DNA of 63,165 nt, counting the filler. It is 5 parts of 5 records of this genome, joined end to end, with 100 filler letters (N's around TTAATTAATTAA, not from the genome) between each part and the next. Parts side by side here need not be neighbours in the genome. Positions count along the whole stretch, not along the records: positions 19,837 to 36,203 come from SRR33789315_28; 4 more parts are not named here. One strand, given 5' to 3'. Position numbers and translations under genes: made by a program. This document shows, in pieces, positions 19,889-28,213 of the stretch (positions within the stretch are counted from its first letter, which is position 1; each line of letters opens with the position of its first letter). The notes beneath the pieces were generated by a model that saw only the letters and a program-made list of their open reading frames with translations, had not been told where the DNA came from and made no database searches.

Positions 19889-19980
19889 AATCAATAACTT
19901 ACAATTAAATCAATAAGTTAGTGAAGCGTGTAGGGGCGTAAAAAGGCGTGAAAGCTGGCAAGTGTGGTCGCAATGTGGTC
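19889..19980 (+). promoter_or_regulatory. att arm: two IHF sites and two integrase arm-type repeats
   Basis: AATCAATAACTTA (19889) and AATCAATAAGTTA (19908) fit WATCAANNNNTTR; TGTGGTC at 19963 and 19974 (P2 arm consensus TGTGGACA). Confidence 0.75.
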
Positions 19981-20098
19981 ATTATGATGTTAGGAATTTA
20001 GTTTGATTTTTAATCTCTTCTTTTTCTTTATTGTTTTTACAACAACTTAATAGTATAAAAAAACACTAAAAATGTTGAGATTTTTTAAGGAAGAATAG

Positions 20099-21535
20099 AT
20101 GTCATATGCAGAAAAAGTTTTTGTTGGAACTCTTGATGACGTAGTCGCACGATATCCTTGGGATGAATCTAAGAAGCCATATACTTTAGAAGGTTACTTA
20201 AGCAATCAATTTGAGCCAGGATTACTAGAGCAGCTCTTGAAAGATTTTAATAGTACTTTTCAATTTAATGCATTATTCGGTAGAGAAATCTTAATGAATG
20301 ATGGTTATTTGTTAAATCATCCTGCATCAAAAATATCTATTCTTGAGCCAAATCTTTCCCCCTTAGCTGCTTTGTTAGATGCAGGAAAAGTTAAGATTTT
20401 AAGAAAAAAAGTTAACGTTGGCCTAGATGAAACAGTTTATGACATGGCTGGTCAGAACAATAGATCATATCAATTGCTCACTAAAATGGATGATTGGATG
20501 CAGTATAGGGAGCAATTACAATTAATTTCTAAAAAGTCTGAAAGTATGCTTCCATGGCCAAAAGTTGATGTAAGTCAGGGCCTTGATAAATTTTTTAATG
20601 AATTTCTTTCCAATAAAAAGGATAATTCGACGGAATTCCTTTCCAAAAAAGAAATGAAAAAATTTGAAAAGCAATTCAGGTCTATAAGAGAATCAACAGC
20701 ACCTAGAGACGCATGGGAGAAAGCTGCAATAAAAACATTCGGTTTAAACAAAAAGCCTATATTTCATTTAATGCAGATAGCAAATTCATATTATCATTTT
20801 AACTTTAGCTTGTGTTTGGCATCCGAAACTTATGGCCCGGTTGCAGTGGAAAGTTCTCCTAATATTTATACTAATCAATATTTAGATGTAGAAGATTCTA
20901 ATCTATTTCACGAAGATTTTTACGAAGACATTAAGAATGCTTTTAAGAAAATAGGTAAATTACACTACTTCCCTTCTTCTGATATACTCCTTGATGGTGA
21001 AAAACTTGTTCAATTATATTTTTACTCTAAAGGAAGTCCTGGACTTGCCAAGCAGAAATTTTTAAACGGACTCGAAAAATTTAAAAGGGGAGAGATTGGT
21101 GAGCAGGTATTTTTCGATCTAGTTTATGACTACTCTAATGCTTTACAAGAACTTTTCAGTCCGAATTCTATCGATAGACAGAGTAAATTTAAAATTGATG
21201 TTAATAATTTAAGCTTATGTTTGCCTACCCGTGATGAAATTTTTAATGGAGCCTCAACAGGTATTCTGTCTACTTCTTATCTATCTATTAATGAAGCATT
21301 TGCAACTGGTGCTATTGTAGGATTACATCCAGCTTTTAAGCGTTCAGTCTTAATGCTTAGTTCAAGTTATGATGTTAAACGAATATTATCATTTTCCCAG
21401 TCTCCAATACGTGAACAATCTCTACCTTTGCAATATGCTCAAAATAAAAGTGAATTTTTTTCTAATTTAATTTTTAGCACTTCTGTTAATAATAAATTCG
21501 CTATTGAACATGTTAAAAATTTAAATAGATTTTAA
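20099..21535 (+). CDS. Orphan cargo protein (478 aa), function unknown
   Basis: Long AT-rich ORF with AAGGA RBS between att and integrase; no motif recognised. Confidence 0.75.
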   Translation: MSYAEKVFVGTLDDVVARYPWDESKKPYTLEGYLSNQFEPGLLEQLLKDFNSTFQFNALFGREILMNDGYLLNHPASKISILEPNLSPLAALLDAGKVKILRKKVNVGLDETVYDMAGQNNRSYQLLTKMDDWMQYREQLQLISKKSESMLPWPKVDVSQGLDKFFNEFLSNKKDNSTEFLSKKEMKKFEKQFRSIRESTAPRDAWEKAAIKTFGLNKKPIFHLMQIANSYYHFNFSLCLASETYGPVAVESSPNIYTNQYLDVEDSNLFHEDFYEDIKNAFKKIGKLHYFPSSDILLDGEKLVQLYFYSKGSPGLAKQKFLNGLEKFKRGEIGEQVFFDLVYDYSNALQELFSPNSIDRQSKFKIDVNNLSLCLPTRDEIFNGASTGILSTSYLSINEAFATGAIVGLHPAFKRSVLMLSSSYDVKRILSFSQSPIREQSLPLQYAQNKSEFFSNLIFSTSVNNKFAIEHVKNLNRF

Positions 21536-21539
21536 TAAA

Positions 21540-22526
21540 TTACGCCAACGGATTTAGCTTTATTGCTTCCTCCAAATGCTTAGGTGCAAAGTGTGAATAC
21601 TTCATGGTATCCACAATGCTGGCGTGGCCTAGTATTTCTTTTAATACCATAATGTTGCCACCATTTTGCATGAAATGACTAGCAAATGTATGTCTTAATG
21701 AGTGTGTCATTTGTCCGGACGGCAGTTCAACTCCCGATCTCTTTAAAGCTGAGCGAAACGCACCCCAACAATTCTGAAAAATCCGCCCATTTTTTTTGGG
21801 TAGAGAATTAAAAAATTCTGTATCAATGGGAACTGATCTGCGCTTATTGCCTTTCGTTTTTTCAAAAATTAGTTTGCAGGGTTCGCCATGTATTAATTGA
21901 TTACCAGTAATCGTTTCAGCTTCTCCCCATCTTGCCCCCGTTCTTAGGCACATACTCGCAACTGGCAAAACATCAGGATTCGAACTGTTTTTCAATTCAC
22001 TAAACAGTAATTTAATTTGTTCTGGTGATAAGAACGCCATTTCAGGCTGAACATGTTTAAGGCTTCTAATTCCTGCGATTGGGTTTTCATATTCCCATTC
22101 ACCCAATCGTTTTAACTCGTTAAACATAGCATTAAAGTAAGTTTGGTCATTATTAACTGTTTTGGCCGAAACTGGTTTTTCACCTGTTGTTCTGGATACG
22201 CGATATTGTCCAAACAATTTTGCATCAACGTTTCTAGCAATAGGATTTCCCATTGCTTTTGATATAGCTAAAAGTGTTTTTCTTTGTCTAATTCCACCGG
22301 ACAACGCATGCCCGTGAACTTTGAACCAAGTTTCTATTAAGTCATCAATGGTTCTTAGCTCAATGCTTGGATTCCATTCTTTACCAGAGTGTTTCAGAAC
22401 CATTATGTGATTCTCAAATCTTACTGCTTCACCTTTAGATTTAAACTTTTTGCGTATTCTTTTACCCTCTCGGCCATCTGGCCTTAAGTCTACTTCATAG
22501 CCGCCTTTTACTTGTTTTATTGACAA
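21540..22526 (-). CDS. int: P2/186-like tyrosine integrase
   Basis: YEVDLRPDGREGKRIRKKF arm-binding N-terminus; TGAR, HSLRHTFASHF, LGH, KYSH catalytic residues. Confidence 0.95.
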   Translation of the reverse strand: MSIKQVKGGYEVDLRPDGREGKRIRKKFKSKGEAVRFENHIMVLKHSGKEWNPSIELRTIDDLIETWFKVHGHALSGGIRQRKTLLAISKAMGNPIARNVDAKLFGQYRVSRTTGEKPVSAKTVNNDQTYFNAMFNELKRLGEWEYENPIAGIRSLKHVQPEMAFLSPEQIKLLFSELKNSSNPDVLPVASMCLRTGARWGEAETITGNQLIHGEPCKLIFEKTKGNKRRSVPIDTEFFNSLPKKNGRIFQNCWGAFRSALKRSGVELPSGQMTHSLRHTFASHFMQNGGNIMVLKEILGHASIVDTMKYSHFAPKHLEEAIKLNPLA

Positions 22527-22665
22527 TTTAATAATCCTAATTTTATTTATTTTCTAAAAATATCATAGCCTTATCACGATAACTATTTGGTTGCCGATAT
22601 TTATACTTGGGTATGAAATTACTCCTGTGTAAACACTAACAATTTGGTATTTAAGGATTGTACTA

Positions 22666-22803
22666 ATGAAAAAAAATGTATATAAAATTACCCTATTAAT
22701 TCTGCTATGTTCATTATTTTGTATTAATGCTCAGGCTGGGCAAGGCGGGACTAAAAAACCACCTTCTATTTTTCAAGGTAATGAATGCAACACTTGTTTT
22801 TAG
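22666..22803 (+). CDS. 45-aa secreted prepropeptide (not in ORF track)
   Basis: AAGGA RBS; MKKNVYKITLLILLCSLFCINAQA|GQGGTKKPPSIFQGNECNTCF; basic n-region, hydrophobic h-region, A-Q-A site; overlaps next gene. Confidence 0.75.
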   Translation: MKKNVYKITLLILLCSLFCINAQAGQGGTKKPPSIFQGNECNTCF

Positions 22804-23414
22804 AGATTAATAATTATCTCGTAGCTATATACTTGCTGGTTTTACTAGCAAGTATTTTTATTTTCAAAGAGTTTAATAGCCACACATTATCAGCCTTATT
22901 AATGCTGACTTTCGAGATAATAATGAGATTGGCTGAAAATCCTATATATGATTTTATTTTAACGCTCGGTGTGCATTTTGGCCGATTATTTTGGTTTGGG
23001 TTTTGGTCAGTATTTAACATTTTATTTGTTCGGATTATCTATTATTTGCATGATAGATTGAGCTTGAAGAAGGGAAGGGCGTCTCGTCTAGTAACTAAGG
23101 CTTTAATGTTATTTGTAGTGATACATATATTGGGTTATTTCGACGCTTATTTCATACGTACAGAATTCAGTGAAATCTGTTTTTTAGCCCTCAAGGCTGC
23201 GGGTCAAATAGCCATAATACTTGTGTTGCTCTATGACTTGGGGAATAAGAGCTATAAAGAAGTGGCTTTTTCAAAAGCGGCACATAATAGATCTGTTAAT
23301 TGGTATCAACAAATTATGAAATTGCCTGTCGAACAACGTCCAATTGAATTACTTAAGTGGCGTGAATTCACTGAAAACTTAGAAACCAATAACAATATTA
23401 TGCGGATAAAGTAG
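22785..23414 (+). CDS. Polytopic (about 5 TM) membrane protein with soluble C-terminal tail
   Basis: Five hydrophobic segments then about 55 hydrophilic residues; start overlaps the peptide gene. Confidence 0.75.
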   Translation: MQHLFLEINNYLVAIYLLVLLASIFIFKEFNSHTLSALLMLTFEIIMRLAENPIYDFILTLGVHFGRLFWFGFWSVFNILFVRIIYYLHDRLSLKKGRASRLVTKALMLFVVIHILGYFDAYFIRTEFSEICFLALKAAGQIAIILVLLYDLGNKSYKEVAFSKAAHNRSVNWYQQIMKLPVEQRPIELLKWREFTENLETNNNIMRIK

Positions 23415-23814
23415 ATTGGCTATTTTCTGAAATAGTTTGTGAGTTGATTGTCTTTTTGTACATCATCCTAGCAATCATTATCATTGCTTCCGGTGTCGCG
23501 TCTTTCGTAGGATTTAAAATACCCATTTCAATCGCGCTGTTTACCGTTTCCAAAAAGTCATTTTTAAGCTTTTCTTCATTGATTTCAGGTGGTGTTGAGT
23601 CTCCTTTTTTTTGTGGACCCTTACCCGTCAAAATCCATTCGGCATAATACCCAAATTTATCAGCAGCAATAAAACATGCTTGATATGGAATAGTCCCTCT
23701 GTCTTTCCAGTTACCAGCAATATTTTTGCTAAATCCTAGTTCAACAACCATTCCGCTATCTGTTTTTTGACCTGTCGCTAGTCTCAAGCGCTCTAAAATC
23801 AAGTCTAATTCCAT
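23398..23814 (-). CDS. Phage repressor (CI-like HTH, no S24 peptidase domain)
   Basis: ILERL...ELGFSKNIAGNWKDRGTIPY...EWILTGKG; divergent from cox-like gene. Confidence 0.85.
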   Translation of the reverse strand: MELDLILERLRLATGQKTDSGMVVELGFSKNIAGNWKDRGTIPYQACFIAADKFGYYAEWILTGKGPQKKGDSTPPEINEEKLKNDFLETVNSAIEMGILNPTKDATPEAMIMIARMMYKKTINSQTISENSQSTLSA

Positions 23815-23849
23815 TCAGGAATACCCATATGTATATAAATTATTTCACA

Positions 23850-23916
23850 TCACACAAACGTGTGGCCTAGTATTCACACATTGGTGTGATTGTGCATAAG
23901 AACACATAAACGTGAT
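23850..23916. promoter_or_regulatory. Three putative operators CACAC-N4-GTGTG in the divergent switch region
   Basis: CACACAAACGTGTG (23851), TCACACATTGGTGTGA (23874), degenerate CACATAAACGTGAT (23903). Confidence 0.7.
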
Positions 23917-23930
23917 TAAGGATTATATAT

Positions 23931-24149
23931 ATGGCTACATCATTTGCAATTCAGGCACCATTTGTATCTGTGACTAAGTTTGCTGAACTTACTGGTCAAC
24001 CCCTAGGCGCGGTAACTGAACAGCTCAAAAATGGTCAATTACCAGAGTTTATTCTTCCCGCCTCGGTTAGGCAAAAAGATCCATCTTCAACCCGTCGTAA
24101 AAAGTTTATCAATCTCGTTCGTTTATACGCTGATGCTCAAGAAGCTTAG
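23931..24149 (+). CDS. Cox/Apl-like excisionase-regulator
   Basis: PFVSVTKFAELTG...GQLP...FINLVRL; divergent from repressor; AAGGA RBS. Confidence 0.8.
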   Translation: MATSFAIQAPFVSVTKFAELTGQPLGAVTEQLKNGQLPEFILPASVRQKDPSSTRRKKFINLVRLYADAQEA

Positions 24150-24159
24150 GGTGTTTGAA

Positions 24160-24606
24160 ATGACTAATCAATCTGTTTTATCTCAAACCCTCTTTTATCA
24201 AACCATAACCTTTAGTTACCCCTGTACGGTAACCCTAGAGCAATACTTAGAACTTTGCGCCCATTGCCCTGAAGGTTATGAGCAATCCTTAACCGTCACC
24301 GATAAACCCACTCAATTTCATTTTAATAACCAAGCGGTACTGAATGCCGTTTTACATTCTCTCCCTGTGATAGAGCCTGTCCTCCTGTTTGATGATGCAA
24401 TTAGGCCTTGCAAAAACTGTGACGTTGACGGCATATGTACCGCCAAATGTCTGAGTCAACCTTGTCAACCTGAAGGCGCACCGACATGCCTACCAAAAAA
24501 ATCTACTACGACCGTATGCTTGGCACATACGCCTTTGAACCTGAGTACCCGCATTCAATCATTGAATTCGATTACTACTCAGAACTCGTCGCGCATTGCG
24601 TCTTAA
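24160..24606 (+). CDS. Hypothetical phage protein with Cys cluster
   Basis: ATG just after cox stop; CKNCDVDGICTAKC; 3' end overlaps next ORF, so extent is uncertain. Confidence 0.45.
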   Translation: MTNQSVLSQTLFYQTITFSYPCTVTLEQYLELCAHCPEGYEQSLTVTDKPTQFHFNNQAVLNAVLHSLPVIEPVLLFDDAIRPCKNCDVDGICTAKCLSQPCQPEGAPTCLPKKSTTTVCLAHTPLNLSTRIQSLNSITTQNSSRIAS

Positions 24607-24689
24607 CGTACGGCCAAGACATTGAATTCATCGAAGTCACAGAAGACAACTGGCAAGAACTCCACGATGCCGGTGCCTTCAACCGATAA
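24486..24689 (+). CDS. Small acidic phage protein upstream of rep
   Basis: 67-aa ORF with GAAGG upstream, overlapping rep start. Confidence 0.55.
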   Translation: MPTKKIYYDRMLGTYAFEPEYPHSIIEFDYYSELVAHCVLTYGQDIEFIEVTEDNWQELHDAGAFNR

Positions 24690-25761
24690 GTGCATTATCG
24701 ATTACCTGTCATTGGTGTTTGATAACGATGAATTAGACCGTTTAAAAATGCTGGCTAAACTGCAATTTGAGACCGATAAAACCCGTAGTTTTCAAGATTA
24801 TTATCATCAGCTTTTATCCCCTGAAGACGTCAACAACTTTGACCAAGTGCTAGGGGCAAATATCGAGCATTTTATCTCCAAGCTCAATACCACCATGAGC
24901 AAATATTACTACGACTTAAAAGAGTGGGAAGCGATTTCAGGTGAAGGGTTCATCCCGAATGATTATCAATTTTGGACCATCAAGAATAACCACTTTGGCC
25001 GCTTTAAATATGACAACTCCGCTAACTTATACTTTGAAGGTCAGCTCGTCGGGTTGGTGTGTTGGGGCTGTAAAAACTATGGGGCGATGGTCAGCTTTTC
25101 CGGTAAAGCCTGCGGCTCACTGAACTTTGATGAAATGTTTAAAATCTGTGATGACTTGGGCTATGTCCGCATATCCAGAATCGACATTGCGCACGATGAT
25201 TTCACCGGCACTCACAACGTTAACACCTGTCGTCAGATGTTTAAAAACGGCCTATTTACTGTCACCTCAGAGCCAAGCTATCAATATTTTGAATCCGGTG
25301 TATTAACCAAATCTGGCAAGCTTATTCCCAGCAATGGCCGTTCGTTCTATGTCGGTAAACGTACCTCTGGAAAAATGCTCAGATGCTACGAGAAGGGCAA
25401 GCAGTTAAAAGACGAAGCCAATCCCGATTGGAACCGCTGGGAAGTAGAGCTTCGCAACATCGACAGAGTCATTCCCCTTGATGCTCTGAAAGACCCCCAC
25501 AAGTATTTTGCAGGGGCCTATCCCGCCCTTGCTGCATTCAGTCAGCGTCAAGAGCGCATTGTCTTAAAAGTTAAAAAATTGGTGGCCACATACAACCACT
25601 TATTCAAATACCTAAAACAAGGGTATGCCCCCTTAATGAATTATGCCTTTCAGGCTTTAGGTATGACCAAAGAAGAAATATTCGATGAAATCACCCAAGG
25701 GCTTTTTATCGATGATTTTCCAAAGCGCCTCAAATGTGAAGCGCTCGTTCTTTCCACTTAA
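24667..25761 (+). CDS. Rolling-circle replication initiator, Rep_trans (RstA/pT181-like) family
   Basis: IDYLS, SRIDIAHDD, FYVGKRTSGKMLRCYEKGKQL, WNRWEVEL; start trimmed to ATG 24667. Confidence 0.92.
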   Translation: MPVPSTDKCIIDYLSLVFDNDELDRLKMLAKLQFETDKTRSFQDYYHQLLSPEDVNNFDQVLGANIEHFISKLNTTMSKYYYDLKEWEAISGEGFIPNDYQFWTIKNNHFGRFKYDNSANLYFEGQLVGLVCWGCKNYGAMVSFSGKACGSLNFDEMFKICDDLGYVRISRIDIAHDDFTGTHNVNTCRQMFKNGLFTVTSEPSYQYFESGVLTKSGKLIPSNGRSFYVGKRTSGKMLRCYEKGKQLKDEANPDWNRWEVELRNIDRVIPLDALKDPHKYFAGAYPALAAFSQRQERIVLKVKKLVATYNHLFKYLKQGYAPLMNYAFQALGMTKEEIFDEITQGLFIDDFPKRLKCEALVLST

Positions 25762-25782
25762 CCACAACAAAGGTAATTAATT

Positions 25783-26088
25783 ATGGGCTTACAAGTAACA
25801 CTTTTATGCGTATCGATGGGTAAAGGGGTATCCACTAAATCCGGTTTACCTAAACCTTACGAGTTTTCCTTTGTGGAATACCTCGTGCCTGCCACGAACT
25901 ACATTCAAGGCGACCACAATATTCAAAAAGCGGGGTATGAGGTCAAGCAAATCGCCATGATAAGCAACGAGCAGTTATACAAAAAAATTGCCTCGGCTAA
26001 ACCTTTATCACTGGTGGATTTAGAGCTCAGTGCCGATCCGCAAAACCCAGCAAAAAACATTGTGACTGATATCAAGGTTGCGGCTTAA
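25783..26088 (+). CDS. ssDNA-binding protein (pV-like)
   Basis: About 100 aa directly after rep; GVSTKSGLPKPY hairpin motif. Confidence 0.8.
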   Translation: MGLQVTLLCVSMGKGVSTKSGLPKPYEFSFVEYLVPATNYIQGDHNIQKAGYEVKQIAMISNEQLYKKIASAKPLSLVDLELSADPQNPAKNIVTDIKVAA

Positions 26089-26091
26089 CTC

Positions 26092-26406
26092 TTGGCCAGT
26101 TGCTACCAGTTCACAGGAACGGCCACCCACAACAATGGCGAAACGGTGCATACCTTCTTGCCTAATGTTGTTTCCGACCCCTCAGAGTGTTTGGCCGTTC
26201 TGGATGGTTTTGTTGTGCTGACTCCTCGTGAGTACGTGCAACAAAAAGCGGATGCTGATGCACTGACAGAGATTGCCAGTGTGACAGCATTTGTCGACCC
26301 CGTAGAAGTCAGCGCGGTTTACGGGACAAGCTTTGCATTGATTTTTTTTCTCTCTGCCATCGCTTACAAAATCAAAGTCGCTAAACGTTTTATTAAACTT
26401 TCTTAA
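26092..26406 (+). CDS. Minor virion protein (pVII/pIX-like position)
   Basis: VVLTPREY, C-terminal TM with basic tail; between pV and coat. Confidence 0.65.
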   Translation: MASCYQFTGTATHNNGETVHTFLPNVVSDPSECLAVLDGFVVLTPREYVQQKADADALTEIASVTAFVDPVEVSAVYGTSFALIFFLSAIAYKIKVAKRFIKLS

Positions 26407-26422
26407 ATTAGGAGTACATAAC

Positions 26423-26557
26423 ATGGCTGATATTTTTGCCGCTGTAGACTTAGAGACCGTAGCAACCTTCGTGGCTGCCATTGGTGTATTGATTATCGGT
26501 ATTGCCCTTGCAGAAAAAGGGATTTCTATCGGTAAACGCAACGTCCGCAAGGCGTAG
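26423..26557 (+). CDS. Major coat protein pVIII, 44 aa, leaderless (not in ORF track)
   Basis: AGGAG RBS; MADIFAAVDLETVATFVAAIGVLIIGIALAEKGISIGKRNVRKA: acidic N, TM, basic C. Confidence 0.9.
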   Translation: MADIFAAVDLETVATFVAAIGVLIIGIALAEKGISIGKRNVRKA

Positions 26558-26563
26558 CGAATT

Positions 26564-26662
26564 ATGTTGGCGGGGATTTTCCTCGCCCTCATTTACACCC
26601 TTGTGGGTGTCATGGGGGCGCTATCGGGGTTCATTGTATCATGGCTTATATTTACAGATTAA
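26564..26662 (+). CDS. 32-aa hydrophobic minor coat protein candidate (not in ORF track)
   Basis: MLAGIFLALIYTLVGVMGALSGFIVSWLIFTD between coat and pIII. Confidence 0.65.
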   Translation: MLAGIFLALIYTLVGVMGALSGFIVSWLIFTD

Positions 26663-28212
26663 CAGCCGCGCTTTTTGCGGTTTTTTTTGCTTTTCAATCC
26701 TCCGCGATTCGGCTTGGTAACGATAAGCCTAACGATGTTTGGGATGACTCATTGTTCGACTATGCCTTTGGCAAGCGTCCCTTAATGATTATCCCCAAAA
26801 TCTATAACTGTCATTATTTAAGTGAGTACTTAGAAAAAAACCTAGGCGACTGTCAAAGCTATGCCCTTAGCACGTTCCTTGAGGCATTGTCGGAGCAGTT
26901 TCCTTCGAAATCCTGTGTGGCTACATCAGAATGGGATTTCAGCATTGATACAGAGAATTATAAAAAAGCCTCTCGTCAAATTACCTGCACTGACCAAAAT
27001 AATAAATCAACTCGATACTCCACAGCGTTTACATGGGGCTATTCGCTGGGCGAAGAAGGCCCGCAATGTCCCCCTGAGGAGGAAAAATATATTGAATATA
27101 GAACCCTCGCGTATGTGGGTGAAGCGCCTTTTTGCTGGAACGTAGACGATTTAAACGAACGAGATTCGTGTCCTAATTCCACGTCTGACGGAGACTATGT
27201 TTTACCCGTTGGCAATAATCAGTCTGAAAAGGTTTGCTTAGAAAAGGATGACGGCTCTTTTTGTGCTTATCAAAAAAACGGGGATGTTTATGTGGCTGAT
27301 TTTGAGCGCAGTTGTTACGACACGCCTTCTCTTGAAACGGCTTACGATGCGCCCGATGTGTCTCCCGCTGATGACAATGAATGCGCTGTTATCGCCTCTT
27401 CATCTGGTATTTATTTGTGTCCTGAAGACCCCCAAGATAAATGCACCGTGAGCGGCACGGTTAATGGTCAACCTGCATATTCTTCTTGTGAGACAGGGTG
27501 CGGGTATGTTGACTTGAAAGGCTCAGGTCAATCAACCTTTCAATGTATTTCTTCAGATGAAGACGGGGACGGCATTCCCGATGTGCGCGACCCTGATTAT
27601 GTGCCCCCTGATGAAACCGATCCCCAAGACCCAACCGACCCTGAAGAGCCAGAAGACCCAACAGAGCCCACAGACGATTCCGATAAGTCGATTACGACGC
27701 GCATTGATAGAACAAATTATGAGCTTGCAAAGGCGAATCAGTCCCTAGCCTCTATTGACGCTAAGGCCACACAAACGAATTCACAGCTCAACGCTGTTAA
27801 CAGTGAATTGGATAATATAGCCGGTGGCATAGGGGCCTTGAATAACAAATCTGATGGCATATTAACTGAAGTTAAAAAAATCACTGCAGGTGATACTTCT
27901 GGAACACCTTTTAGCTCCGAGCCTAGCACCAATTTAACAGGGTTCTACACCCCAGTTTATGAAAACGGATTTCAATCGATTTGGAGCAACAACGAGCAAG
28001 CGTTCAACAATTCATCAACAAAACAATATATTGAGCAGTGGAAAGTCACCGTCAACGGGGATTTCACTTACCCTTCGTTTTGTTTTGATTTGGGCTTCGT
28101 CAATCTAGGCTGTCACGTTATCGAGATTGATGGCCGTATCCTTTCTTTTATCCGCATTATTTTAATTATTAGCGCCTTGATACTGGCACGACAAATTACC
28201 TTAGGGGGTTAG
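26641..28212 (+). CDS. Adsorption protein (pIII-like)
   Basis: Signal peptide, Cys-rich domains, P/D/E linker, C-terminal TM anchor. Confidence 0.85.
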   Translation: MAYIYRLTAALFAVFFAFQSSAIRLGNDKPNDVWDDSLFDYAFGKRPLMIIPKIYNCHYLSEYLEKNLGDCQSYALSTFLEALSEQFPSKSCVATSEWDFSIDTENYKKASRQITCTDQNNKSTRYSTAFTWGYSLGEEGPQCPPEEEKYIEYRTLAYVGEAPFCWNVDDLNERDSCPNSTSDGDYVLPVGNNQSEKVCLEKDDGSFCAYQKNGDVYVADFERSCYDTPSLETAYDAPDVSPADDNECAVIASSSGIYLCPEDPQDKCTVSGTVNGQPAYSSCETGCGYVDLKGSGQSTFQCISSDEDGDGIPDVRDPDYVPPDETDPQDPTDPEEPEDPTEPTDDSDKSITTRIDRTNYELAKANQSLASIDAKATQTNSQLNAVNSELDNIAGGIGALNNKSDGILTEVKKITAGDTSGTPFSSEPSTNLTGFYTPVYENGFQSIWSNNEQAFNNSSTKQYIEQWKVTVNGDFTYPSFCFDLGFVNLGCHVIEIDGRILSFIRIILIISALILARQITLGG

Positions 28213-28213
28213 C

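Noticed and set aside
26182-26720. Track ORFs 26182-26592 (-) and 26502-26720 (+)
   Set aside because: Shadows of the real coat and 32-aa genes, which have a better RBS, composition and position
27600-27680. GACCC-type short repeats
   Set aside because: Encode the Pro/Asp linker of pIII; not a CRISPR or regulatory array
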